A stretch of DNA of 64,000 nucleotides, taken from NCBI GenBank assembly GCA_963846665.1, contig CAWJWW010000002.1, positions 560,733 through 624,732 of the forward strand. The letters are read 5' to 3'. Position 1 is the first letter of the stretch. Each line of letters starts with the position of its first letter. This document shows, one piece after another, positions 26,507 to 34,607 of this stretch. The position numbers and the translations under genes are program-made. This DNA is from an uncultured Gaiellaceae bacterium. GTDB lineage: Bacteria; Actinomycetota; Thermoleophilia; Gaiellales; Gaiellaceae. A model generated the notes under the pieces. The model was not told the DNA's origin. It was given only the letters and a program-made list of their open reading frames with translations, and made no database searches.

Positions 26507-27417
26507 TCCCGCCGCGCCCCGGCGGCCCGCCGGTGCGTCGTCGCCCCTCCCGGCGCGCGCTGATCCTCCGGCGTGCGCTCGCGGCGTTGCTCCTGTTCGG
26601 CTTCCTCGGCCTCGCGCTCTGGCTCGGGCTCGCTGCGCTCGGCTCGGGCGGCGGCAGCGAGCCCGCGCCGACTCCGACCGTCGTCGTCCGGGCGCCGTCG
26701 CTGAAGATCGTCTTCCCGGAGGGGTTCACCCGCAAGGAGATGGTCGCCCGCGTGGCGGCGGTGCGGAAGATCGCCCTGACGAAGCGGAAGATCAAGCCGA
26801 AGCTGACCGGCGACGCCTACGCGAAGGAGACGAAGGCCGCGAAGGTTCCGCCCGCGTTCCGCAAGCAGGCGAACGGGATCGAGGGCTTCCTCTTCCCGGC
26901 GACGTACGACTTCACCGCCCGGACGACCGCGAAGGAGTTCGTGGCCAGCCAGATCGCGTTCTTCGAGAAGAACTTCGCCCTGCTCGACCTCGCCTACGCG
27001 AAGACGAAGAACCTGACGGCGTACGACGTCCTGATCATCGCCTCGATGGTCGAGAAGGAGACGATCGCCCCCGACGAGCGCCCGAAGGTCGCCGCCGTGA
27101 TCTACAACCGGCTCAAGGCCGGGATGCCGCTCGGGATCGACGCGACGATCCGCTACGGGCTCGACGTCCCCGGCACGGAGCCGCTCAAGGTCTCGCAACT
27201 CGAGAGCGACAACCCCTACAACACGCGGAATCGGACGGGCTTGCCGCCCACCCCGATCGCGAGCCCCGGGCTCGCCGCGATGCAGGCCGCGGCCCACCCG
27301 GCCAAGGTCGACTACCTCTTCTTCGTCCGCAAGCCCGACCGGATCCATCACTTCTTCACCGCGAGCGAGTCGGAGTTCTACGCGAAGGCCTGCGAGTACG
27401 GCTTCGGCTGCAACTAG
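26485..27417 (+). CDS. mltG: endolytic transglycosylase MltG (YceG-like)
   Basis: TM ALLLFGFLGLALWLGLAAL, EGFLFPATYDF, ASMVEKE and YNTRNRTGLPPTPIASPG. Confidence 0.9.
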   Translation: MVERTGVIPPRPGGPPVRRRPSRRALILRRALAALLLFGFLGLALWLGLAALGSGGGSEPAPTPTVVVRAPSLKIVFPEGFTRKEMVARVAAVRKIALTKRKIKPKLTGDAYAKETKAAKVPPAFRKQANGIEGFLFPATYDFTARTTAKEFVASQIAFFEKNFALLDLAYAKTKNLTAYDVLIIASMVEKETIAPDERPKVAAVIYNRLKAGMPLGIDATIRYGLDVPGTEPLKVSQLESDNPYNTRNRTGLPPTPIASPGLAAMQAAAHPAKVDYLFFVRKPDRIHHFFTASESEFYAKACEYGFGCN

Positions 27418-27421
27418 GGAG

Positions 27422-27448
27422 GACTTTGTGTTCCAGGAACACAAAGTC
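27422..27448. repeat. AT-rich hairpin palindrome, copy ii (perfect; between mltG stop and aroE start)
   Basis: G-ACTTTGTGTTCC-A-GGAACACAAAGT-C has 13-bp arms. GGGAGG (27417-22) lies immediately 5', and ATG 27454 lies 5 nt 3' of the stem. Confidence 0.9.
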
Positions 27449-27453
27449 ACCTC

Positions 27454-28179
27454 ATGACGATCTCCGGCTCGACCCGGCTCGTCGGGATCCTGGGTGACCC
27501 GGTGGCGGCCTCGCTCTCGCCGCGGATGCAGAACGCGGCCTTCGCGGCGCTCGCGCTCCCGTACGCGTACGTCCCGCTCCACATCCCCGCGGAGCGGCTC
27601 GAACAAGCCATTCGCGGGCTCGTTGCCCTGGGCTTCGCCGGCGCCAACGTGACGATCCCGCACAAGCTCGCCGTCGTTGCGCTCTGCGACGAGGTCGAGG
27701 ACGGCGTCGAGTCGGTCAACACCCTGGTCGTCCGCGACGGCCGGCTCGTCGGCTCGAGCACGGACACCGAGGCGCTTGTGTTCCTGGAACACAAAGTCCG
27801 CACTGCAGCGGTCGTCGGCGCCGGTGGGGCGGCGGTGGCGTGGATCGCCGCGCTCGAGGCGCGCGGGGCCGAGGTCGCCGTGTTCTCGCGGCGTGGAGAG
27901 TGGCCACCGGTGACGGACGGCGCCGATCTCGTCGTCCACGCAACGCCGGTGAAGGACGCGCTCCTCTTCGAGCCCCGGGGCGGGCAGTGCGTGATCGACC
28001 TCGCCTACAACGCCGACGGCCGCCCGACGGCGCTCGCGGGCGCCGCGCGGGAAGCTGGCTGCGAGCTCGTGGACGGGCTCGAGGTGCTCGTCCGGCAGGG
28101 CGCGGCGTCGTTCACGCGCTGGACGGGGATCGAGGCTCCGGTCGAGGTGATGCGTGCGGCAGTAGATTGGCGCAGGTGA
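27454..28179 (+). CDS. aroE: shikimate dehydrogenase (short form) carrying palindrome copy iii in frame
   Basis: GILGDPVAASLSPRMQN..GANVTIPHK..SVNTLV..STD..VVGAGGAA. 241 aa. Confidence 0.85.
   Translation: MTISGSTRLVGILGDPVAASLSPRMQNAAFAALALPYAYVPLHIPAERLEQAIRGLVALGFAGANVTIPHKLAVVALCDEVEDGVESVNTLVVRDGRLVGSSTDTEALVFLEHKVRTAAVVGAGGAAVAWIAALEARGAEVAVFSRRGEWPPVTDGADLVVHATPVKDALLFEPRGGQCVIDLAYNADGRPTALAGAAREAGCELVDGLEVLVRQGAASFTRWTGIEAPVEVMRAAVDWRR
27774..27798. repeat. AT-rich hairpin palindrome, copy iii (inside aroE, in frame)
   Basis: GCTTGTGTTCCTGGAACACAAAGTC is the reverse-orientation twin of copy ii (centre T instead of A, one T shorter). It is read as ALVFLEHKV between STD and the GAGGAA NADP loop. 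Confidence 0.85.
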
Positions 28180-29270
28180 CGCTCGGGCTGACAACGGCGG
28201 GGGAGTCGCACGGGCCGGCGCTCGTGGCGATCGTGACCGGCCTGCCCGCGGGACTCGAGCTCGACCGCGCCGCGATCGACGCCGACCTCCACCGCCGCCA
28301 GCAGGGCTACGGCCGCAGTCCGCGCCAGCAGCTCGAGCAGGACGTGGTCGAGGTGCTCGCGGGTCTCCGCCACGGCCGCACGCTCGGGACGCCGCTGGCG
28401 CTCGTCGTCCGGAACCGCGACCACAAGAACTGGACGTGGGGCATGAATCCGTGGCCCCCCGAGGGCGAGCCGGAGGGGAAGGGGACGAAGCCGGTGACGC
28501 TGCCCCGGCCCGGCCACGCCGACCTTCCGGGCGTGCTCAAGTACGGCCACGACGACGTCCGCAACTCGCTCGAGCGTGCGAGCGCGCGCCACACCGCCGT
28601 CTTCGTCGCGGCCGGGTCGGTTGCCAAGGCGCTGCTCGCCCGGATCGGGGTCGCCGTCACGGGCCACACGCTCGAGGTCGGCGGCGAGACCGGGGAGGAA
28701 GCGCAGCGGGAGATCACGGACCGGGCCAAGCAGGATCGCGACACACTCGGCGGGATCGTCGAGGTGCGGGCGACCGGGCTGCCTCCGGGGCTCGGCTCCT
28801 ACGCGAGCCGCGAGGACCGGCTCGACGGGCGGATCGCAGGGAACCTGATGGGGATCCAGGCGGTCAAGGGCGTGGAGATCGGGGACGGGTTCGCGCTCGC
28901 GCGCAGGCGCGGGGTCGAGGCGCACGACGAGATCGAGCCCGGCCTGAAGCGCCGTTCCAACCGGGCCGGCGGGCTCGAGGCCGGGATCACGAACGGGGAG
29001 GAGCTGATCGTCCGCGCTGCGATGAAGCCGCTGCCGACGCTGATGAAGCCGCTCGACTCCGTCGACCTCTCGACGGGCGAGGCGGCCCAGGCCCTCGTCG
29101 AGCGGAGCGACGTCCACGCCGTCGAGGCGCTCGCCGTCGTCGCCGAGGCGGCCGTCGCCTGGGAGCTCGCGCGCGCTGCTCTGGAGAAGTTCGGCGGCGA
29201 CGCGATCGACGATCTCGTGGGCGCGCATCGCGCCTACCTCGAGCGCATCCAGTGGCCGCGAACGCCCTAG
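28176..29270 (+). CDS. aroC: chorismate synthase
   Basis: TTAGESHGPAL..QQGYGRSPRQ..RPGHAD..ERSDVHAV. GTG 28176 overlaps the aroE stop. Confidence 0.9.
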   Translation: MTLGLTTAGESHGPALVAIVTGLPAGLELDRAAIDADLHRRQQGYGRSPRQQLEQDVVEVLAGLRHGRTLGTPLALVVRNRDHKNWTWGMNPWPPEGEPEGKGTKPVTLPRPGHADLPGVLKYGHDDVRNSLERASARHTAVFVAAGSVAKALLARIGVAVTGHTLEVGGETGEEAQREITDRAKQDRDTLGGIVEVRATGLPPGLGSYASREDRLDGRIAGNLMGIQAVKGVEIGDGFALARRRGVEAHDEIEPGLKRRSNRAGGLEAGITNGEELIVRAAMKPLPTLMKPLDSVDLSTGEAAQALVERSDVHAVEALAVVAEAAVAWELARAALEKFGGDAIDDLVGAHRAYLERIQWPRTP

Positions 29271-30682
29271 GCCGCCACGTCGCGCTCGTCGGCTTCATGG
29301 GCGCGCGGAAGTCCACCGTCGGGCGGGAGCTGGAGGAGCGGTACGGCTTCCCGTTCGTCGACGTCGACCACGAGCTCGAGCAGCAGACCGGCTCCAGGAT
29401 CGCCGAGCTCTTCGCGGAGCACGGCGAGGCGGAGTTCCGGCGGCTCGAGACCCGGCTGACCGTCGAGCTGCTCGCCCGGGAGGAGCAGGCAGTGCTCGCC
29501 CTCGGCGGCGGCGCGGTCACGAGCCCCGAGATCCGGCGTGCGCTCGGCGAGCGCGCCTTCACCGTCCTCCTCCACGTCGAGGTCGACGACGCCTGGGCCC
29601 GCGTGCGGGCGAGCGACCGGCCGCTCGCGCAGGACGAGGACCGCTTCCGGCGGCTCTATGCCGAGCGCGAGCCGATCTACGCGGAGGTCGCCGACGCCGT
29701 CGCGGAGGGCGCGCTCGGCGCCGTCCTCGCTGCGGGCGCGGTTCACGTCGAGAGTGGCGCGCTCGAGCGGCTCGGCGAGCTCGTCCCCGGCGACGGCCCG
29801 GTCGAGATCGCGGCGGACGCCCGGGTCGGCGGGATCCACGGGATGGACGCCCAGCTCGCCCTCGGTGGGCGGGTCCGCGCGCTGCACGAGCTGCCGCCCG
29901 GGGAGGAAGCGAAGACGATCGCGGTCGTCGACCGGCTCTGGCGCGAGCTTCGGCTCGACCGGAGAGGAACCCTCGTCGCGCTCGGCGGCGGCGCCACCAC
30001 GGACGCGGCCGGGTTCGCGGCCGCCACCTACCTGCGCGGGATCGACTGGGTCGCGGTGCCGACGACGCTCGTCGGCCAGGTCGACGCCGCGATCGGCGGC
30101 AAGACCGCGATCGACCTCCCGGCCGGGAAGAACCTCGTGGGCGCGTTCCACTGGCCCGCGCGGACGGTGATCGACCCCGCGCTGCTCGCGACCCTGCCCG
30201 AGGAGGAGCTCGCGAACGGCCGCGCCGAGCTCGTCAAGACCGGGCTCCTGCTCGGCGAGAAGCTCTGGGAGCAGCCGCTCCCGCAGGCGATTCGCTCCTG
30301 CGCCGCCTTCAAGTCGGCCGTCTGCATCCGCGACCCCCACGACCGCGGGATCCGGAACCAGCTCAACCTCGGGCACACCTTCGCGCACGCGCTCGAGGCC
30401 GCGGCCGACTTCGGGCTCCCGCACGGGCGTGCTGTCTCGCTCGGTTTGCTCGCGGCGCTCCGGCTCTCCGGGCTCGACACCACCGTGGTCGAGGAGGAGC
30501 TCCGCCCGGAGAAGGTGCGGGTCGACCGGGAGCGCGCCTGGGCGGCGATCGCCCGCGACAAGAAGACCGAGAACGGTGTCCCGAAGCTCGTCCTGCTGGA
30601 GGCGCCGGGCAGCCCCCGGATCGGCGTCGAGCTCCCCGAGGCCGACGTCCGAGCGGCGCTCGACTCCCTCATCGCCGGTTAG
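29252..30682 (+). CDS. aroKB: bifunctional shikimate kinase / 3-dehydroquinate synthase (single ORF)
   Basis: The P-loop GFMGARKSTVG and SK core are followed, with no stop, by AroB motifs GGGATTDAAGFAAATYLRGI, GGKTAIDLPAGKNLVGAF and NLGHTFAHALE. GTG 29252 is the only in-frame start ahead of the P-loop. Confidence 0.8.
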   Translation: MAANALGRHVALVGFMGARKSTVGRELEERYGFPFVDVDHELEQQTGSRIAELFAEHGEAEFRRLETRLTVELLAREEQAVLALGGGAVTSPEIRRALGERAFTVLLHVEVDDAWARVRASDRPLAQDEDRFRRLYAEREPIYAEVADAVAEGALGAVLAAGAVHVESGALERLGELVPGDGPVEIAADARVGGIHGMDAQLALGGRVRALHELPPGEEAKTIAVVDRLWRELRLDRRGTLVALGGGATTDAAGFAAATYLRGIDWVAVPTTLVGQVDAAIGGKTAIDLPAGKNLVGAFHWPARTVIDPALLATLPEEELANGRAELVKTGLLLGEKLWEQPLPQAIRSCAAFKSAVCIRDPHDRGIRNQLNLGHTFAHALEAAADFGLPHGRAVSLGLLAALRLSGLDTTVVEEELRPEKVRVDRERAWAAIARDKKTENGVPKLVLLEAPGSPRIGVELPEADVRAALDSLIAG

Positions 30683-30685
30683 AGT
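30680..30685 (+). promoter_or_regulatory. -10-like hexamer TAGAGT, 9 nt upstream of aroQ ATG
   Basis: TAGAGT-cgacggcga-ATG(30695). The hexamer includes the aroKB stop codon. Confidence 0.35.
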
Positions 30686-30694
30686 CGACGGCGA

Positions 30695-31126
30695 ATGCGG
30701 ATCGCCGTCCTCAACGGGGTCAACCTCGACACGCTCGGCCGCCGCGACCCGGCCGTCTACGGGACCGTGACCCTGGCCGAGCTGGAGAGCCGGATCTACG
30801 CCTGGTCGAGGGAGCTCGAGCTGACCACCCGCTGCCGCCAGACCAATCACGAGGGCGCCTACGTCGAGTGGTGTCACGACGCCGCCGACTGGGCCGACGG
30901 GGTGATCGTGAACCCCGGCGCCTGGTCGCACTACAGCTACGCGATCCGCGACGCCGTCGACGTCCTCACCGTCCCCGTCGTCGAGGTGCACCTCTCGAAC
31001 ATCAAGGAGCGCGAGGAGTGGCGCCGCCACTCCGTGATCGAGGAGCTCGCCGCCAAGTCGATCTACGGGAAGGGGCCGGACGGGTACCGCGAGGCCCTGG
31101 CCTACCTCGTGGAGCAGACGGCATGA
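30695..31126 (+). CDS. aroQ: type II 3-dehydroquinate dehydratase
   Basis: IAVLNGVNLDTLGRRDP..QTNHEG..NPGAWSHYS..VEVHLSN. Confidence 0.9.
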   Translation: MRIAVLNGVNLDTLGRRDPAVYGTVTLAELESRIYAWSRELELTTRCRQTNHEGAYVEWCHDAADWADGVIVNPGAWSHYSYAIRDAVDVLTVPVVEVHLSNIKEREEWRRHSVIEELAAKSIYGKGPDGYREALAYLVEQTA

Positions 31127-32163
31127 GCAGGCTCGAACGCCTCGCCGCCCTGCTCGACGAGCCACTGCTCGTCACGAGCCTCGTCAACGTCCGCTACCTG
31201 ACCGGGCTCTCGAGCTCGAACGCCGCACTGCTCGTGGAGCCGGACGGGCAGACGACCCTCTTCACCGACTTCCGCTACGCGAAGAAGGCGCGGACGATCG
31301 AGGGCGTCACCTTCGAGCAGACCGCACGGGCCGTGCTCGGCGACCTCGCAACGAGGCTTGCAGGCCGGACGATCCAGGTGGAGCCGCACGTGCTCACGCT
31401 CGCGGCCTCCGAGACGCTCCGGCAGGGCGGGGTGGAGATCCAGCCGTCGGGGGGTCTCGTGGAGCGGCTCCGCGCGATCAAGGAGCCGGGAGAGCTCGAA
31501 ACGATGCGAGAGGCCGCCGCGATCTCCGATCGCGTCTTCGGCGCCCTTGCCGAGGAGAAGTTCACCGGCCGGACCGAGGTGGAGCTGGCGTGGCGCGTTC
31601 GCGAGCTCTTCCACGAGCACGGGGCCTCGGAGCTCTCCTTCGACACGATGGTCGCGGCCGGCGAGAACGGCGCCAGTCCGCACTCGGACAACCGGGACGT
31701 CGCGATCGAGCCCAACACGCTCGTGATCGTGGACACCGGCTGCCGGGTCGACGGCTACGCCTCCGACTGCACCCGCACCTTCGCGACCGGCGAGCTGCCC
31801 GACGAGCTCGCCCGTGCCTACGAGGTCTGTCTCGAGGCGCAGCTCGCGGCGCTCGCCGCCTACGGCCCCGGCGTCAGCGGCCGGGAGGCCGACGCGGCGG
31901 CCCGCGACGTGATCGCGGCGGCCGGGTGGGGCGAGGAGTTCGGGCACGGGCTCGGGCACGGGATCGGGCTCGAGGTGCACGAGGCGCCGACGGCCCGCCC
32001 GGAGTCGACCGACACGCTCGAGGTCGGAAACGTGCTCAGCAACGAGCCCGGGATCTACCTCGCGGGGCGGGCAGGCGTCCGGATCGAGGACATGGTCCTG
32101 ATCACCGACGACGGCTGCGAGCGGCTGACCCGGGCGGGCAAAGAGCTCGTCACGGTCAGCTAA
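31123..32163 (+). CDS. Xaa-Pro aminopeptidase / M24 family peptidase
   Basis: VIVDTGCRVDGYASDCTRTF..HGLGHGIGLEVHE..NEPGIY..RIED. The position aroQ-pepP-efp matches the Bacillus yqhS-yqhT-efp order. Confidence 0.85.
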   Translation: MSRLERLAALLDEPLLVTSLVNVRYLTGLSSSNAALLVEPDGQTTLFTDFRYAKKARTIEGVTFEQTARAVLGDLATRLAGRTIQVEPHVLTLAASETLRQGGVEIQPSGGLVERLRAIKEPGELETMREAAAISDRVFGALAEEKFTGRTEVELAWRVRELFHEHGASELSFDTMVAAGENGASPHSDNRDVAIEPNTLVIVDTGCRVDGYASDCTRTFATGELPDELARAYEVCLEAQLAALAAYGPGVSGREADAAARDVIAAAGWGEEFGHGLGHGIGLEVHEAPTARPESTDTLEVGNVLSNEPGIYLAGRAGVRIEDMVLITDDGCERLTRAGKELVTVS

Positions 32164-32177
32164 GCTGGCCCGCTCCG

Positions 32178-32744
32178 ATGGCCGACGTCGTCTCCACCAA
32201 CGAGTTCAAGAACGGGATGCACATCGACATCGACGGCTCGGTGTGGCGCGTCGTCGAGTTCCAGCACGTGAAGCCCGGCAAGGGCGGCGCCTTCGTCCGC
32301 ACCAAGCTGAAGTCGATCGACTCGGGCTCCGTCGTCGACAAGACCTTCCGGGCCGGCGAGAAGTTCCCGCGGATCTTCACCGAGGTCAAGAACATGCAGT
32401 ACCTCTACGACTCGGGCGACGAGGTCGTCTTCATGGACGAGGACACCTACGAGCAGCTCTCGCTCCCGCATGCCTCGCTGGAGGCCGAGCTCCCGTACAT
32501 GCAGCCCTCTAGCTCGATGCAGCTCCTCTTCGTGGGCGGCAAGCCGAGCGGCGTCCAGCTGCCCGCCTCGATCGAGCTCGCGGTCACCGACACCGAGCCC
32601 GGGGTCAAGGGCGACACCGTCTCGAACGTGACGAAGGCGGCGACGCTCGAGACCGGCGCGGTCGTCCAGGTGCCCCTCTTCGTCAACGTCGGCGACCGGA
32701 TCAAGGTCGACCCCAAGGAAGCCCGGTACATCTCCCGCGCGTGA
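32178..32744 (+). CDS. efp: elongation factor P
   Basis: FKNGMHIDIDG..VEFQHVKPGKGGAFVRTKLK..VTDTEPGVKGDT. Confidence 0.95.
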   Translation: MADVVSTNEFKNGMHIDIDGSVWRVVEFQHVKPGKGGAFVRTKLKSIDSGSVVDKTFRAGEKFPRIFTEVKNMQYLYDSGDEVVFMDEDTYEQLSLPHASLEAELPYMQPSSSMQLLFVGGKPSGVQLPASIELAVTDTEPGVKGDTVSNVTKAATLETGAVVQVPLFVNVGDRIKVDPKEARYISRA

Positions 32745-32749
32745 CGCCG

Positions 32750-32775
32750 GACTTTGTGTTTCTGAAACACAAGCT
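32750..32775. repeat. AT-rich hairpin palindrome, copy iv (6 nt after the efp stop)
   Basis: G-ACTTTGTGTTTC-T-GAAACACAAGCT has a 9-bp perfect inner stem TTGTGTTTC/GAAACACAA. Confidence 0.85.
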
Positions 32776-32794
32776 CCCTCGCCCGCGCACTCGG

Positions 32795-32800
32795 TAGGCT
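32795..32800 (+). promoter_or_regulatory. -10-like hexamer TAGGCT, 7 nt upstream of GTG 32808
   Basis: TAGGCT-cccccgc-GTG read directly. Confidence 0.45.
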
Positions 32801-32807
32801 CCCCCGC

Positions 32808-34607
32808 GTGACGCGCCTCGTCGATACGACCATCCGCCTGCTCTCGCAGGAGCCGCTCGCCGGCCGGATGCCCACGGCCGACCTGCTCGAGCTCGCCGCG
32901 ATCCTCGACACCGCCGGCTTCGGCTGCCTCGAGGTCTCCGGCGGGGGCGTCTTCGACCACGCGGTCCGGCGCGGCCTCGAGAGCCCCTGGGAGCGGATCC
33001 GGGCGCTGAAGGCGCGCACGTCGACGCCGCTCGGGCTCGCGCTGCGCGGCCGCTTCCTCGTCGGCACCCGGCCCGTCGGCGCGGACTTCGTCCGCCGCTT
33101 CGTCGCCTCGGCGGCCGAGAACGGGATCGACGTCTTCCGGCTCCACGACCCCCTCAACGACGTCTCCAACCTGCGCGAGGCCGGCGAGGCGATCGTCGGT
33201 GCCGGCAAGGAGTTCCACGCGGGGCTCGTCTACAGCCCCGGCCAGGCCGACGTCATGGACACCCTCGTCGAGCAGGCCAAGCGGCTGCGCGACCTCGGCG
33301 CCTCGCGCGCCCTGATCCACGACCCGACGGGCGGGCTCGAGCCGCACCAGGCAGGCGAGCTCGTCGGCCGGATCCGCGAGGCCTCGGGGCTGCCGGTCGG
33401 CTTCTACAGCCAGGGCGCCGCGGGCACCGGCCTCGCGGACGCGCTCGAGGCGGCCCGGGCGGGCTCCGACCTGATCGCGTGCGCCGTCTATCCCGTCGCG
33501 CTCTCGCTCTACCGGGTCTCCGGCGAGTCGCTCGCCTCGGCGCTCGCGGGGATGGGGATGGACACGGGCGTCGACGTGGACAAGCTCTGGGACGCCTCCG
33601 ACCTCGTCGACGAGCACATCGGCGACGAGCCGATCGCGCCGCTCGCGCCCCGGCTCGCGGTGCGGGCCGCCGAGTACGACCTTCCGGCCGGGCTCGTCGC
33701 GGCGCTCGACCAGCAGCTGCGCGCCCACGCCGCCGGCGACCGGCTGCTCGAGGTGCTCGACGAGCTCGCCAAGATCCGGGCGGAGGCCGGCTGGCCCCCG
33801 CTCGCGGCGCCGATCGGCCAGATCCTCGCCTCCCAGGCCCTGATCCACGTCCTCGCCGCGCGTCGCTACGGGACGGTCGTGGACGAGTTCCGCGCCCTCG
33901 TCCAGGGCGGCTACGGGGCCACGCCGAGCCCGATCGACGCCACCGTCGCGCGGGCGGTCACGCTGCTCTCCGATGGCGCCCCGCTCGAGGACGACCCCCC
34001 GACCGCCGAGGACGTCCGCGCCGAGGCCGCAGGGCTCGCCGCGAGCGAGGAGGAGCTCGTCCTGATCGCGCTCTTCGGCGAGGAGGCCGAGAGCCTGCTC
34101 CACTCGATCCGCTCGCGTCACACCCGCGACGACAACCTGGGCGGCGGTGTCGAGGAGACGCGGGCCGAGCGGATTCGCGAGATCGTCCGGATCGTCCAGG
34201 AGAGCGGCGTCGCGGAGGTCGAGATCGAGGACGACGGGATGCGCGTGTCCGTCCGCCGCGCCGGCGAGCCGTCGACCGTCCAGCTCGCCGCGCCGCTCGC
34301 CGACTACGACCCCGGGGAGCCGCCCGTGGTCTCGGCGCCGGCCGTGTCCGCGTCGCGGATCGAGTCGCCGATGGTCGGCGTCTTCTACCGCGCTCCCGAG
34401 CCGGGCGCGCCCTCGTTCGTCGAGGTGGGCGACGTCGTCGCCCCGGGCCAGACGCTGTGCCTGCTCGAGGCGATGAAGCTGTTCAACGAGTTCAAGGCCG
34501 AGAACCCCGGCCGGATCACCGCGATCCACGTCGAGAACGGCCAGCCGGTCGAGTTCGGCCAGCTCCTCTTCGAGCTCGAGCCGATCGCCCCGCCGCCGGC
34601 GTTCTGA
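32808..34607 (+). CDS. carboxyltransferase (5S / oxaloacetate-decarboxylase-alpha-like) fused to a biotin carboxyl carrier domain
   Basis: 599 aa. The N-terminal HMGL-like/PYC_OADA region (VDTTIRLLSQEPL..GFGCLEVSGGG..FRLHDPLND) is followed by a C-terminal AccB-type biotinyl domain (ESPMVGVFY..CLLEAMKLFNEF). Confidence 0.75.
   Translation: MTRLVDTTIRLLSQEPLAGRMPTADLLELAAILDTAGFGCLEVSGGGVFDHAVRRGLESPWERIRALKARTSTPLGLALRGRFLVGTRPVGADFVRRFVASAAENGIDVFRLHDPLNDVSNLREAGEAIVGAGKEFHAGLVYSPGQADVMDTLVEQAKRLRDLGASRALIHDPTGGLEPHQAGELVGRIREASGLPVGFYSQGAAGTGLADALEAARAGSDLIACAVYPVALSLYRVSGESLASALAGMGMDTGVDVDKLWDASDLVDEHIGDEPIAPLAPRLAVRAAEYDLPAGLVAALDQQLRAHAAGDRLLEVLDELAKIRAEAGWPPLAAPIGQILASQALIHVLAARRYGTVVDEFRALVQGGYGATPSPIDATVARAVTLLSDGAPLEDDPPTAEDVRAEAAGLAASEEELVLIALFGEEAESLLHSIRSRHTRDDNLGGGVEETRAERIREIVRIVQESGVAEVEIEDDGMRVSVRRAGEPSTVQLAAPLADYDPGEPPVVSAPAVSASRIESPMVGVFYRAPEPGAPSFVEVGDVVAPGQTLCLLEAMKLFNEFKAENPGRITAIHVENGQPVEFGQLLFELEPIAPPPAF

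Noticed and set aside
27422-27798. Copies ii and iii as the inverted repeats of a phase-variable invertible segment (inverton).
   Set aside because: The bracketed segment is the 5' third of aroE itself, so inversion would destroy an essential-pathway gene. Each repeat is self-palindromic, and no invertase or recombinase gene is nearby. It remains only a read-level check.
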